From contig CM097885.1 in the NCBI GenBank assembly GCA_044892525.1, positions 139,934,001 through 139,998,000 of the forward strand: a DNA stretch of 64,000 nucleotides. Direction: 5' to 3'. Numbering within the stretch: position 1 is the first letter of the stretch; every line of letters begins with the position of its first letter. Source of the DNA: Schmidtea polychroa. Its lineage: Eukaryota. The position numbers and the translations under genes were made by a program. Of this stretch, positions 39,010 to 49,546 are shown one piece after another. Below the pieces are notes generated by a model. It saw only the letters and a program-made list of their open reading frames with translations, was not told the origin of the DNA and searched no databases.

Positions 39010-42000
39010 TGATAAAGTGAAACTGTATTTTAACGGCGTAGAAATGATGAATAATGAATATATAATTGACTATGGAGTAAACGTCATTGATAACAATATT
39101 ATTTCTGCAGTAATAGAAAGGCAAGAAAGTAAAGAAATTGATACACCAACTCCATCAGTAGAATTGAGTATAAACGACGAAAATGACTATGATAAATTAT
39201 TTAGATTGTGGGATGCTTCTTCAGGAGGAGCAATGAGGTCACCAACAGCTAGCGAGGAAATCTTTAAACCTATAGATACTAAATATGATAATTTACATGA
39301 GACAATAGAAAAAATTGCGAAACAAGCAAATATGCAGGATGCAGAGACGATGAGACGAGGTAGGGGAAGGCCTCGAAAATCGGAAATAGCCGAAAAGTCA
39401 GATGACAGAAAGGCAGCAGAGCGTTTAAGAGATATTGCAAATAATATGAGACAGGAAGTCCCAAAAAATCAGGATAATGACAAAGATATAAAGATGATAA
39501 CTGAATTAGTTAAAGCAATGAATATGAGACGATTTCCGGAAGCAAAACCATCAGCGTTAATAGAAAATATAGTTAAAAAGATTAAATTAATGGAAAAAGA
39601 GATTAGAGAATTGAGTGCAGAGGAAGCAAATGAAGAGACAGTGTTAAAGATATTATTTACAACAGGAGTTAATCGAGATAAAGTGATTACGGCAATGGCA
39701 TATTTAATAGCAAGATACAAGAAACTTTTGCGATTGAATCCAAAGAATCAAATAGAAAATATCGCTAAAATGATATATAATAAATTAAAGATAGATGCTA
39801 TGCCATGGATAAAATTAAAGGGAGGATGGAAAATACTGTATGATGAGAGTCTAATAGAAAGTGCTCAGGAAAGCGTAGAAGACAATATTAATGTAGAAAT
39901 AGATGATACGGAGGAAACAGTAAAAAATCTAGTAAATAAAACAACTATGAAACCAAGTCAAAAAGAAAGAAAGTCGACAATGTCAATAGTAATTATAGTA
40001 ATAACATTGTTATTAGATCTGATAAAAGGGAATAATGCGATCATAGCGTATGACTGTCAGAATCCTAAGTGGGGACAGAAATATTCATTATTAGATGTAG
40101 AAAATTGCCCAGAGGCTAATCCAACAAAACTAATTGTTGCAGATCCAAAGATTTTTCACATATATCAAGAGTCTGACTTCATTCACACTGAGGCAGGAGA
40201 GTGTATCGTTAAATATTCAGAGGAAAGTTTTGTATGTAATAAAATAGCGAGAACAATATTAACTCCAACATGGGCACCAGAAGCGATAATAATAGCACCA
40301 AGCGAATGTGAAAATGCATTTAAGACAAAAAGGATAAAAACGCCAGATGGATTTGAGTTAAATGCTCAGATAGGAGCACGAGTAAGGCAATTAGTAAATG
40401 TCGTTGGATGGTCATCAACAGGAGGATATTGTGAAGGAGGAACGTATAAAATATGGGGGCATGTAGCAGACAATATTGTAGTAAGACGACAATATTATAT
40501 TGAATTAAGGAAATTCAAGGCGTCATTTGATAGTTCATCAAAGAAAATGATGACACATAAGTTCTGCACATTAGATGAGACAAGCTGTGATACAGGCGAG
40601 TCAATGATCATATACAAAGTAAACAAATATGAATGCCATCTAACTAAACTAAAGACACTGAAATTCAGAACAATACGAAGTAAACAGTTCACGGATGTAG
40701 AATCCAAGAACATTAAAGACCAAAAACGACGAGCAACGATAATTCAAGAGAAAGATACACCAACGATATATATGTCAGATTCTGAAACAGAAGCGATGAG
40801 ATTTGTGGGGAAAGGTGAAAGTATCAAATGCGGAAAAGCAGTTATACAAACAAATTATGAAGGAATTTATATCAGCGGAAGTGAAATTAAAGAGGCAAAA
40901 TCGAAAATAGATAAATTCGATGTCAAGCTAGCGTCATACTTTAATAATAAAATCGATTACTTTTATCATCATCAGTTAGTACAATTGGACAAAGTATATC
41001 AAGCAACTATTGCAAACGATTGTAAACTTAACAGAGAAATTTTAAGAACAAAGATGGCGGTTGCAGTCACAAACCCAGATTTGATGGCACCAATTTTATT
41101 TGCAGAAAAAGGGACATTTGCAAGAGTCGTCGGTGAAGTGATACAAACATTTCAGTGCAAACCGGTTAGCGTATCTTTAGCAACGAATAATAAGTGCACA
41201 AACGAACTGCCAGTAGTGTATAAAGGAGAAACTGTGTACCTCCAACCAATAACAAGGATATTAACAGATAAAGACTATGTTCCGAGAAAAATTGATAAAT
41301 GTACTAATCTATTGGATCCATTATACAAAATAAATGATGATATGTGGATTACAATGTCAGATAGAAAAGAAGCGACTAAACCACAAAAACTAGAACTAAC
41401 CGAACTTGAGAAAAAGTTAGAATTTCAGGAAGTCAACGAAATGGAAAACAATGGGATGTATACGAGAGAGGCGATAGAAAGCGCCAGAAAACATATGTTA
41501 TTTCCTCATGAAAAAGAAAAAGTTCTTTCTATCATGGTAAACAAAATCATCGAAAATAGTTATGGAGGGAATTACAACTTTGATGTATTATTATCAAAAG
41601 AGCACTTCAAGAAAGTTGTGTATAGAGTATTATACAGCATATGGGGATATTTTGCGATTCTCGGAAATACGTTTTCCACTATATTGGGTATATATTATAC
41701 AGTAGCACTATTGAAAATGATTTGCTCATCATTAGTTTCGTTAAGACAACTGAGACAAGTTTTTGGTAATTCATATAAAATGATAGCATGTTTATGTCCA
41801 TTCATAGCCAAATATTTGATCACTGCGAGGCACGATAAGGAAATCAAACGGATGAAAAGTCGAAGGGAAGAGGGTGAAATAATGATCACCAATGAGAAAG
41901 AGGACGATACAAACAGATCAGAAAATACTGAGCAACCACATATTGGGTTATATGATAATCAAAGAGAACAATTGACAGAATTGAGAAATAATATTGAAAT

Positions 42001-45000
42001 TAGAATCCCAGGTGAAAATGGTAATTGTCATTGTGTTCCAAGGAAAACTTATGGATGTTACGGGTTAGAACTTGATGATATATTAGAAGGGTTAAATGAA
42101 GCAAGGCCTAAATTACAAATAGTGATAAATGATACGATAATAAAGGCATTATGTGACACAGGAGCAGCAGCTTCTATGATTCGTGAAGATCAGTTAACCG
42201 GAAACCAAAAGAAAAATATTGTGAGCACAAGAGATAGAGTAATTTCATTATCATCACATTACATACCATTAAAAGGAGATATCGAATTAACAGTCCACTT
42301 TTCGGATCAAGTGGTTGAACATGTCTTCAAGGTAGTAGCAGAATGTAAATGCGTATGTGTCCTTGGGATGGACATACTCAAAAAGTTAAAAAACTGTGTA
42401 ATCGATTTAACGGATAGTACAGTCAAACGGAAGGCAATATATCAAGACGCAAGATTTACTGAGGTAATTGCATTAGAGACATTTGAACTAGAGTATCAAA
42501 GTGATCATATAATTCCAGTAAAAGTTAATGTTAAAAGTGAGGACACTTTCACTTTCGAGCCTGAAACGGCAATATCACGAAATCATAACGTAATGTTAAC
42601 AGACGAGTGTGTAATTCCAAATAATGGGATAATTCCAATAAGAATCGCGAATTACGAAAGAAATAAAGTAAAAATTCATAAAGGTACAAAATTGGGAAAG
42701 TTGTTCAAAGGTGAATTAGAGCAAACATTTGAAGTATGTGAGATGTCGATGACGAAGGATGTCAGTGAAAGAATGGTCGAACAGAGTAGAGCGAATAATA
42801 TCAAATTTTATGATAAAATTAAAATAAATAATAATTATCTAAATGAAACACAACAACTACAACTACAAATATTACTTGACGAATACAGTGATGTTTTTGC
42901 AAAACACGAATTTGATTTAGGAGATACTGACATTATCAAACATGTAATCGATACAGGGAATGCTAGACCAATAAAACAGAGACCCTATAGTGTACCATAT
43001 AAACTGAGGGAGGAAATAAAACGACAAATTAAAGAATTAAAAGAGGCAGGCGTAATAAAACAAAGTTTTTCACAATGGGCATCACCTATCGTACCAGTTA
43101 GAAAGAAAGACGGGGAAATTCGAATGTGCATTGATTATCGTAAATTAAATGATGTAACAGTAAAAGACTCATACCCATTCCCAAAAGCACAAGAACAATA
43201 TGATAAACTTAGAGATACTAAATATTTCACAGTAATAGATGCAAATAAAGGCTACATGCAAATTCAAATGGAAGAGGGGGAGGCGGAAAAGACAGCTTTT
43301 GTGATAGAAGACGGTTTATATGAATATACAAGATTACCTTTTGGATTAACTAATGCGCCAGCAACATTTCAACGTTTAATGAATACAGTATTAGTAGACG
43401 TACAACATTGCGCAGTATATATGGATGATATATTAATTTCATCAAAAACATTTGAGGAACATCTAAAAGATATAGCTAACGTACTAGAAAGATTAAGAAA
43501 AGCAAAAATCAAAATAAAACATACTAAGTGTAAATGGGCAGAACCTTCAGCATTATTCTTAGGACATATAGTTACAGTAGATGGTATAATACCTAATCCC
43601 GATAAAATTGAAGTAGTTAAAAAATTCCCAGTTCCAAAAACATTACAACAAGTACAGGGATTTTTAGGTCTCACAGGATATTATCGTAAATTCATACAAG
43701 ATTATGCAAAAATAGCAGCACCACTAATTGAATTAACAAAAGGAGTCAAAACAAAGGGAGAGAGTAAAGGAGTGTTAATAGTGCAGGAAATTAACGATAA
43801 AATTAACAAGCCACAAAAGAAATGGAAAGATGAACATCAAAAAGCTTTTGATCAACTAAAAGAAAAATTAATAACAGCACCGATACTAAGATACCCAGAC
43901 TTTAAAAAACAGTTTATTATCATGACAGACGCCAGCGGGAAGGCCGTAGGGGCAGTCTTAGGACAAGAAGAGGAAAAGGGTAAAGATTATGTAATAGCTT
44001 ATGCAAGCAAAACATTAAAAGGAGCACAGATTAGGTACTCAACAATTGAGAAAGAATGTTATGCTATAGTTTTTGCATTAAAACAATTTAAACCATACAT
44101 ATATGGAACTGAAGTAGTAATTAGAACAGACCATAAGCCATTAGAAGGGTTATGGAAACATAAAGATACATCCAGTAGACTGTTAAAATGGGCAATGAAA
44201 ATACAAGACATGCACATAAAGATTGCATACAAACCAGGTAGAATAAACAGGAATGCAGATGCATTATCACGAATTCCAGAGTTAGGAGCACTAGAAGTTT
44301 TTGCATTAGTAACCGAAAAACCAATAGAAATATATGAGGAACAAATGAAAGATCCAGAACTCTTCAAGATAAGAGAAGAAATAAAAAAGGGAACTAACCA
44401 AAAGTATAAAATCTGTAAGAAGTTAATTGTTATTGAGGATTTTAGCGGTAAACAATTAATAGTAGTACCACAAAGATTAAGACAAATTCTTCTGTTACAA
44501 TACCACGATGGTGCTTTAGGAGGTCATTTATCAAGTAGGAAAACAGCAAGCAGATTGATGCAAAAATATTATTGGGACGATTTGAAAAAGGATGTCAAGA
44601 GATGGTGTAATGCATGCACAATATGCGCAACTAGAAAAAATACAGGAACAAAAACTAAAGCACCTTTACATCCAATCCCAGCTACAACATCACCAATGGA
44701 ATTGTGCGCAATGGATTTTTTGTGTAAACTACCCACAACAATTAAGGGGAATAAGCACATACTAGTTTTTAGCGATTATTTTACAAAATGGGCAGAGGCA
44801 TTTCCTACAAAAGATGAAACAGCAGAAACAGTAGCTAAATTACTTGTGGAAAAAATAATCTTTAAAATCGGTACACCGAGAAAATTACTAACAGATAAAG
44901 GGAAAAATTTCATGAGTGAAACTATAAAAAGAGTAGCTAACATATTTAACATGCATAAAATCAACACAACAGCATACCACCCTCAGACCGATGGTTTAGT

Positions 45001-46414
45001 AGAAAGATTCAATGGGACATTGCTAAGTAGATTAGCTGTGTTTGTGGGGAAAAACCAAAATGATTGGGATGAATACGTTAATCAATGTACATACATCCAT
45101 AATATCACACCAAATGAGACAACGGGATATTCACCATATTTTCTAATGTTCTTAAGAGAGCCTGCGACACCGATTGATACGATTTTTGAACCTCGAGTAT
45201 CACAATATTTAGATGCGCCAGATTATGTAACATTAATGCAAGAGAGATTACAAGAGGTATACAAGGTTGCAAATTTAAAAGTTAAATTCAGACAAGAACA
45301 ATATAAAGCAGATTACGATAAAAATAGCAAACCTCATAATTTTAAAGTGGGAGATAAGGTTAGACTTATGTCTCCACAAGTAGGAAAAGGCAAAACAACT
45401 AAATTAGCAAGACCATTTAAAGGACCATACGAGGTAGTAAAAGTAATACATGAAAACCTGCATTTACAAAAACATAAAAATGAGGATCCTATAATAGTAC
45501 ATGTTAACAGATGCAAATTAGCAGAAACAGAGTTAGTAGAAAAACCACCTCACAAATATGGATTACGATCGCAAAAAGCACTAATGATGGCAGCGACATT
45601 TTTAACAATTATAGGGTTGTGTAAATCAACTGAAGTGGAAAACGAAAACATACACTCAGTAGAATACATGGCTGAAGATATTTTAATCAACATTTCACCA
45701 TATAAAATTAGAGTATATAACTTAAATAAATCACCAATAAGAGACTTGTATCTGGAAACTAGGGATAATATACCCAAACTTATGAAAAAAATTGAAAATA
45801 GATCAACTAATGAATTTGAAAGAGGGGATAATGTTGAATTCGGAAATCTGCAACCCAACACTAATTACACACTTTGTGCACAATGGAATACATTAGTTGA
45901 CACATCACAGATAAGGTGTAAAAGACTAAAAACTACTAAAATAAACAGACTAAGAATAAGAAAACCAAAAGGAAAGAAGATATCAACAACCAGAAAAACA
46001 ACTACTATAAATTCAACACCCACACATCCTATATCACAAACGATAACGAATATATATAGGAAAACGACATTTAAAGCGGTTAGACAAATATATAAAAAAT
46101 TAATAATGAAAAATCCAAGACAGTCTGATAGGAAACTGATAAAATTACCTACAGGAAAACCGATAGTTATAAATAACTGGAATGAATTACAAGTATTTCA
46201 AAAGAAAGCAAGCAAACCACAATGGCCTTTTTATATAATAGCTACAAGTGTAGTATCATTCGCGATTTTAGCAATTGTCACTAGTGTACAAGTTTATAAA
46301 AAGTACAAGTGGAAAAGGCAGCGGTATCGGCACCGACTGGTCAAAGAAGCACCAGGGCATTTTCACTTGGACAAATATATCCCTGGACAATATACTCTGT
46401 CCACACTGGTATAA
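38999..46414 (+). CDS. pol: E2 polyprotein in the +1 frame: Ubl half-AT-hook-Bcl-2-like-chuvirus-type glycoprotein-PR-RT-RH-IN-SP/FN3/TM
   Basis: RRGRGRPRK; LFTTGVNRDKVI and WIKLKGGW; IIAYDC...YSLLDVENCP; LCDTGAA; YMDD (43418-43429); TDASG; integrase DDE and GPY; VEFGNLQPNTNYTLCA; TM FYIIATSVVSFAILAIVTSV. Confidence 0.96.
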   Translation: MGDNDKVKLYFNGVEMMNNEYIIDYGVNVIDNNIISAVIERQESKEIDTPTPSVELSINDENDYDKLFRLWDASSGGAMRSPTASEEIFKPIDTKYDNLHETIEKIAKQANMQDAETMRRGRGRPRKSEIAEKSDDRKAAERLRDIANNMRQEVPKNQDNDKDIKMITELVKAMNMRRFPEAKPSALIENIVKKIKLMEKEIRELSAEEANEETVLKILFTTGVNRDKVITAMAYLIARYKKLLRLNPKNQIENIAKMIYNKLKIDAMPWIKLKGGWKILYDESLIESAQESVEDNINVEIDDTEETVKNLVNKTTMKPSQKERKSTMSIVIIVITLLLDLIKGNNAIIAYDCQNPKWGQKYSLLDVENCPEANPTKLIVADPKIFHIYQESDFIHTEAGECIVKYSEESFVCNKIARTILTPTWAPEAIIIAPSECENAFKTKRIKTPDGFELNAQIGARVRQLVNVVGWSSTGGYCEGGTYKIWGHVADNIVVRRQYYIELRKFKASFDSSSKKMMTHKFCTLDETSCDTGESMIIYKVNKYECHLTKLKTLKFRTIRSKQFTDVESKNIKDQKRRATIIQEKDTPTIYMSDSETEAMRFVGKGESIKCGKAVIQTNYEGIYISGSEIKEAKSKIDKFDVKLASYFNNKIDYFYHHQLVQLDKVYQATIANDCKLNREILRTKMAVAVTNPDLMAPILFAEKGTFARVVGEVIQTFQCKPVSVSLATNNKCTNELPVVYKGETVYLQPITRILTDKDYVPRKIDKCTNLLDPLYKINDDMWITMSDRKEATKPQKLELTELEKKLEFQEVNEMENNGMYTREAIESARKHMLFPHEKEKVLSIMVNKIIENSYGGNYNFDVLLSKEHFKKVVYRVLYSIWGYFAILGNTFSTILGIYYTVALLKMICSSLVSLRQLRQVFGNSYKMIACLCPFIAKYLITARHDKEIKRMKSRREEGEIMITNEKEDDTNRSENTEQPHIGLYDNQREQLTELRNNIEIRIPGENGNCHCVPRKTYGCYGLELDDILEGLNEARPKLQIVINDTIIKALCDTGAAASMIREDQLTGNQKKNIVSTRDRVISLSSHYIPLKGDIELTVHFSDQVVEHVFKVVAECKCVCVLGMDILKKLKNCVIDLTDSTVKRKAIYQDARFTEVIALETFELEYQSDHIIPVKVNVKSEDTFTFEPETAISRNHNVMLTDECVIPNNGIIPIRIANYERNKVKIHKGTKLGKLFKGELEQTFEVCEMSMTKDVSERMVEQSRANNIKFYDKIKINNNYLNETQQLQLQILLDEYSDVFAKHEFDLGDTDIIKHVIDTGNARPIKQRPYSVPYKLREEIKRQIKELKEAGVIKQSFSQWASPIVPVRKKDGEIRMCIDYRKLNDVTVKDSYPFPKAQEQYDKLRDTKYFTVIDANKGYMQIQMEEGEAEKTAFVIEDGLYEYTRLPFGLTNAPATFQRLMNTVLVDVQHCAVYMDDILISSKTFEEHLKDIANVLERLRKAKIKIKHTKCKWAEPSALFLGHIVTVDGIIPNPDKIEVVKKFPVPKTLQQVQGFLGLTGYYRKFIQDYAKIAAPLIELTKGVKTKGESKGVLIVQEINDKINKPQKKWKDEHQKAFDQLKEKLITAPILRYPDFKKQFIIMTDASGKAVGAVLGQEEEKGKDYVIAYASKTLKGAQIRYSTIEKECYAIVFALKQFKPYIYGTEVVIRTDHKPLEGLWKHKDTSSRLLKWAMKIQDMHIKIAYKPGRINRNADALSRIPELGALEVFALVTEKPIEIYEEQMKDPELFKIREEIKKGTNQKYKICKKLIVIEDFSGKQLIVVPQRLRQILLLQYHDGALGGHLSSRKTASRLMQKYYWDDLKKDVKRWCNACTICATRKNTGTKTKAPLHPIPATTSPMELCAMDFLCKLPTTIKGNKHILVFSDYFTKWAEAFPTKDETAETVAKLLVEKIIFKIGTPRKLLTDKGKNFMSETIKRVANIFNMHKINTTAYHPQTDGLVERFNGTLLSRLAVFVGKNQNDWDEYVNQCTYIHNITPNETTGYSPYFLMFLREPATPIDTIFEPRVSQYLDAPDYVTLMQERLQEVYKVANLKVKFRQEQYKADYDKNSKPHNFKVGDKVRLMSPQVGKGKTTKLARPFKGPYEVVKVIHENLHLQKHKNEDPIIVHVNRCKLAETELVEKPPHKYGLRSQKALMMAATFLTIIGLCKSTEVENENIHSVEYMAEDILINISPYKIRVYNLNKSPIRDLYLETRDNIPKLMKKIENRSTNEFERGDNVEFGNLQPNTNYTLCAQWNTLVDTSQIRCKRLKTTKINRLRIRKPKGKKISTTRKTTTINSTPTHPISQTITNIYRKTTFKAVRQIYKKLIMKNPRQSDRKLIKLPTGKPIVINNWNELQVFQKKASKPQWPFYIIATSVVSFAILAIVTSVQVYKKYKWKRQRYRHRLVKEAPGHFHLDKYIPGQYTLSTLV

Positions 46415-48605
46415 TAACTTAAAAAATTTTAATTACATAAATTGGTTAATGATATATAATAAAAGTATATATATTAATATTTATATAACTGCGTATAAGG
46501 TTAAACCTCAAATGCGCAACAAGCATAAATATTTATTATTTGTTTTTAGAATAGTAATAAGAAGTTTATCGAGTCAATTCAGTCAAATCAATCCCCAAAT
46601 AAATCAGTCTAATCAAATCGATCCTCCAATAACCCAAAATCAAATCAGCCAATCTAATCAATCCAATCGTCTTCATTCAAACAAATCAATGCACCCACAT
46701 ACGTCAGTTCACATGCATTCTCAAAGAGCAAAACCTCAGCGAAATCCTGAAACTCAGAAAATAAGGCAATACGTGCCGATGTTACAGAAACACTACCACA
46801 GTTTCTATAAAAACCTGCAAAATAAGATCAGTACAGATGGTACTCCCATTACTATTAGAAGTTTCCCCAACCAAGTGTGCATTCCTAATGATATGAAAAT
46901 TGAGATAGAAGAAAGGGAATTGCATCTCATCAAATTCAACGAAGCAAGAAGAGTCAAATTAAGAGAATTAATCGGAGCGTATGACAAATTCCCCAATGCA
47001 GAGGAGGCTGCAAGAGCTGGAAAGAAAGTGCCCCATAGAATTTTATTTCACATCACAAAAACAGAGGTAGCAATATGCCAACAAAGGATACCATTAATCA
47101 CCACGAGCAATTGCACCATCACAATAAAAACTACAAAAAATGATCGCAGTGTCCCAAACGACTACAATGAATTGATAGTCCAAATGAACAGCCTACCCTG
47201 TGTCATAGCGATCGAAATATTATACATACCCACGATCCCAAATCCATTTCAGCAGTTGGAACTCATTAAATCAAACATTTATATGCATGGAGATTTCATC
47301 AGAAGAAAAATGTCATTTACCCACAAAGAATTATCCACGGCGGAGAGACATCATCTGATAATGTTTGTAGATGCAAAATTAGTATGCGACATCAACAATA
47401 ACTTCGGGCCAGTAGAGGTCAGCATACGGAATTTTAAGGGTGTAACAATATTTGATGAGAAAATTACACCTAGAACGAAAATCCTACATTATTATCCAGA
47501 GAAGACAAAGGCCAACAAGGAAAATATCATCGGGAATAAAGATGAATACAAAGCACTGGTCGAAATCCAACAGTTACTTTGCGGAAAAATAGTCGTAGGA
47601 TTCGACATCATCGGAAAACTCAAAGCTCTCACATTAGATCTCTATAATGTTATGGGAGTTAGAGAAATGTCGGAAGATATATTTATGTGCTCGTACGTCA
47701 AAAACGTTGCGCCACACAAGATAAAATTGTCCAACCTGGCATACCAGGTAATCAGACATCACAAAAGGTGGGACAAAGATAAACGCATAAATAGAATGCT
47801 GCGTGAACCCGAACCATTTCCAGCATGGCAAACCACAATGATCGTCAAAGTAATATACGCAATCGTAGAAAATCAATGGGAAGAAGTCGTTAAATGGGAC
47901 TCAGAGGCCTTCAGTGAACAACAAATGAAAGATCAATTATATCCCATTAAAGAAAGTGGTCTAGAGGATATGTCGGACGATGGAGAAGATATTTATATAG
48001 AACCATCGCAAATCGGATTGAAATTTAATAAAGATGGGACACGCAGGACTTTCGAAAATGAATTAATGGAAAGCGATGACGACATAATATTCATCGAAGA
48101 GGAGAAAATACGAATACCTGAAGCAACAGTCAAACTGGAATTACAGGAACCAAAATTCCATCCAGGAAAACTAATGGAATGCGACCTCGACTCTGATGAG
48201 GAATACTTCTCAATCAACGAGCAAGAGGAGGAAAATATGGATATAGACGAATTAGGACCAGAACCAGATATCGCAATCGAGGAGGAACCCAATTTTATCA
48301 TACCCAAGGAGAAGGAGCAGATTACAGAAAAGGAATTGACCCGACATTTTGGAAGGCGTATAAATGATGGCGACACATTAAATCTCGCATTGGCAAAAGG
48401 GTTCAACAGAACGAGGATGCTGATAAGAGACAGCGAAATCGAGCTGGTACGCAGTATAAGAGATAATGCGGACATTATCTTAACGGCCCAGGGAGGAATG
48501 TTAGATGATGAGGGTAGGCCCATCACTACATTCAATTTAGATAAATATTATAGAACAGGGCCAGGCAAGTACAGGGTTAACGTGTACGCCGAAGAACGCC
48601 AGTAA
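46275..48605 (+). CDS. E2 accessory ORF with a degenerate DEDDh (ISG20/REXO4-like) exonuclease domain (~47349-47875) and acidic tail, ending inside the 3' LTR; true start probably ATG 46512 or 46689
   Basis: IMFVDAKLV...VSIRNFKGVTIFDEKITPRTKILHY...IQQLLCGKIVVGFDIIGKLKAL...VREMS...IKLSNLAYQVI follows the REX4/ISG20 pattern. Confidence 0.75.
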   Translation: MSLVYKFIKSTSGKGSGIGTDWSKKHQGIFTWTNISLDNILCPHWYNNLKNFNYINWLMIYNKSIYINIYITAYKVKPQMRNKHKYLLFVFRIVIRSLSSQFSQINPQINQSNQIDPPITQNQISQSNQSNRLHSNKSMHPHTSVHMHSQRAKPQRNPETQKIRQYVPMLQKHYHSFYKNLQNKISTDGTPITIRSFPNQVCIPNDMKIEIEERELHLIKFNEARRVKLRELIGAYDKFPNAEEAARAGKKVPHRILFHITKTEVAICQQRIPLITTSNCTITIKTTKNDRSVPNDYNELIVQMNSLPCVIAIEILYIPTIPNPFQQLELIKSNIYMHGDFIRRKMSFTHKELSTAERHHLIMFVDAKLVCDINNNFGPVEVSIRNFKGVTIFDEKITPRTKILHYYPEKTKANKENIIGNKDEYKALVEIQQLLCGKIVVGFDIIGKLKALTLDLYNVMGVREMSEDIFMCSYVKNVAPHKIKLSNLAYQVIRHHKRWDKDKRINRMLREPEPFPAWQTTMIVKVIYAIVENQWEEVVKWDSEAFSEQQMKDQLYPIKESGLEDMSDDGEDIYIEPSQIGLKFNKDGTRRTFENELMESDDDIIFIEEEKIRIPEATVKLELQEPKFHPGKLMECDLDSDEEYFSINEQEEENMDIDELGPEPDIAIEEEPNFIIPKEKEQITEKELTRHFGRRINDGDTLNLALAKGFNRTRMLIRDSEIELVRSIRDNADIILTAQGGMLDDEGRPITTFNLDKYYRTGPGKYRVNVYAEERQ
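48490..48498 (+). promoter_or_regulatory. E2 polypurine tract
   Basis: AGGGAGGAA immediately before the 3' LTR TG. Confidence 0.75.
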
Positions 48606-49546
48606 AAGATTTCTCGTCGATACCCATCTATGAAAGCCAGATCGGCAACCAAACAATCCAATTTCCCAAGCAAGAACCGATAGTTGAGCAGTGACTTTCA
48701 TCGATATTCATTTATGTGTCAATAACCTTTATCGATATTCATTTATGTGTCAATAACTTTATAATAATTTATTTTATTTCATGTGTGATTTATTGTAAAG
48801 AACACCATTTGTGAACTTTAGCAAACTCTGATCTTTTCATCGAATTTGTAGTGTGAATTTTTATTTTTCAGTGTATTTTTTAATTTTAAACACAAATAAA
48901 AATAATGCATTTAAAAAAGAAATTAATTTAATTTAAAACTTACCACTAAAAATAATTCCAAACATTTCCAATAAAATCAAAAGTAAACATAACATTTCCA
49001 ATAAAATCAAAAATAAACATTTATATTCTGGTGAAAAAATCAATTCTAAAATAAACAGTTATATTAGAAAAATAAAAACCAATTTATTATATTAGAAAAA
49101 TAAAACCAATTTAAAGTAAAAATAAACATTCGAATATAGAAAAAATAAAATAAATATTTATTTAATATTAGACATAGGAAAAATTTAGTATATAAGCAAT
49201 CGTTAAAATCAGTTTATTCGCCCAAAAAATAGCGCAAAGATTTTATATTCGAAGGTAAATCCTGAGGATAATTCAATCATTTGAATCAGCACAAAACGAT
49301 TCACAAATAATAAAAGCTTGCTAAGACACAACACGCACACACAACAAATAACAATACATATACTTCTTTTTGCACGCATTTTGAGTTGAATAAATTGATA
49401 AACAAGTACCAACTTTTTTCAGAATTGTAACTGGATTTTATTTGGTAAATTTTATATTCAATACATTTTATTATATATTCGTCTTTGTTTTGATATATAT
49501 ATAAGAACCAGTAAGTTGGGTGTTCCCGATTATCGAGACCTCAACA
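48499..49546 (+). repeat. E2 3' LTR
   Basis: Copy of 36037-37084, followed by TTAA. Confidence 0.97.

Larger units (their letters stand above)
36037..49546 (+). mobile_element. E2: full-length Ty3/Gypsy LTR retroelement (13,510 bp) related to E1
   Basis: 1,048-bp LTRs at offset 12,462 with TGTT...AACA termini. TSD TTAA at 36033-36036 and 49547-49550. PBS, PPT and gag/pol are present. Confidence 0.97.

Noticed and set aside
46920-46990. RRVKLREL in the E2 accessory ORF vs RRIQLREL after the E1 ankyrins
   Set aside because: A short match in helical charged sequence with no extended alignment.
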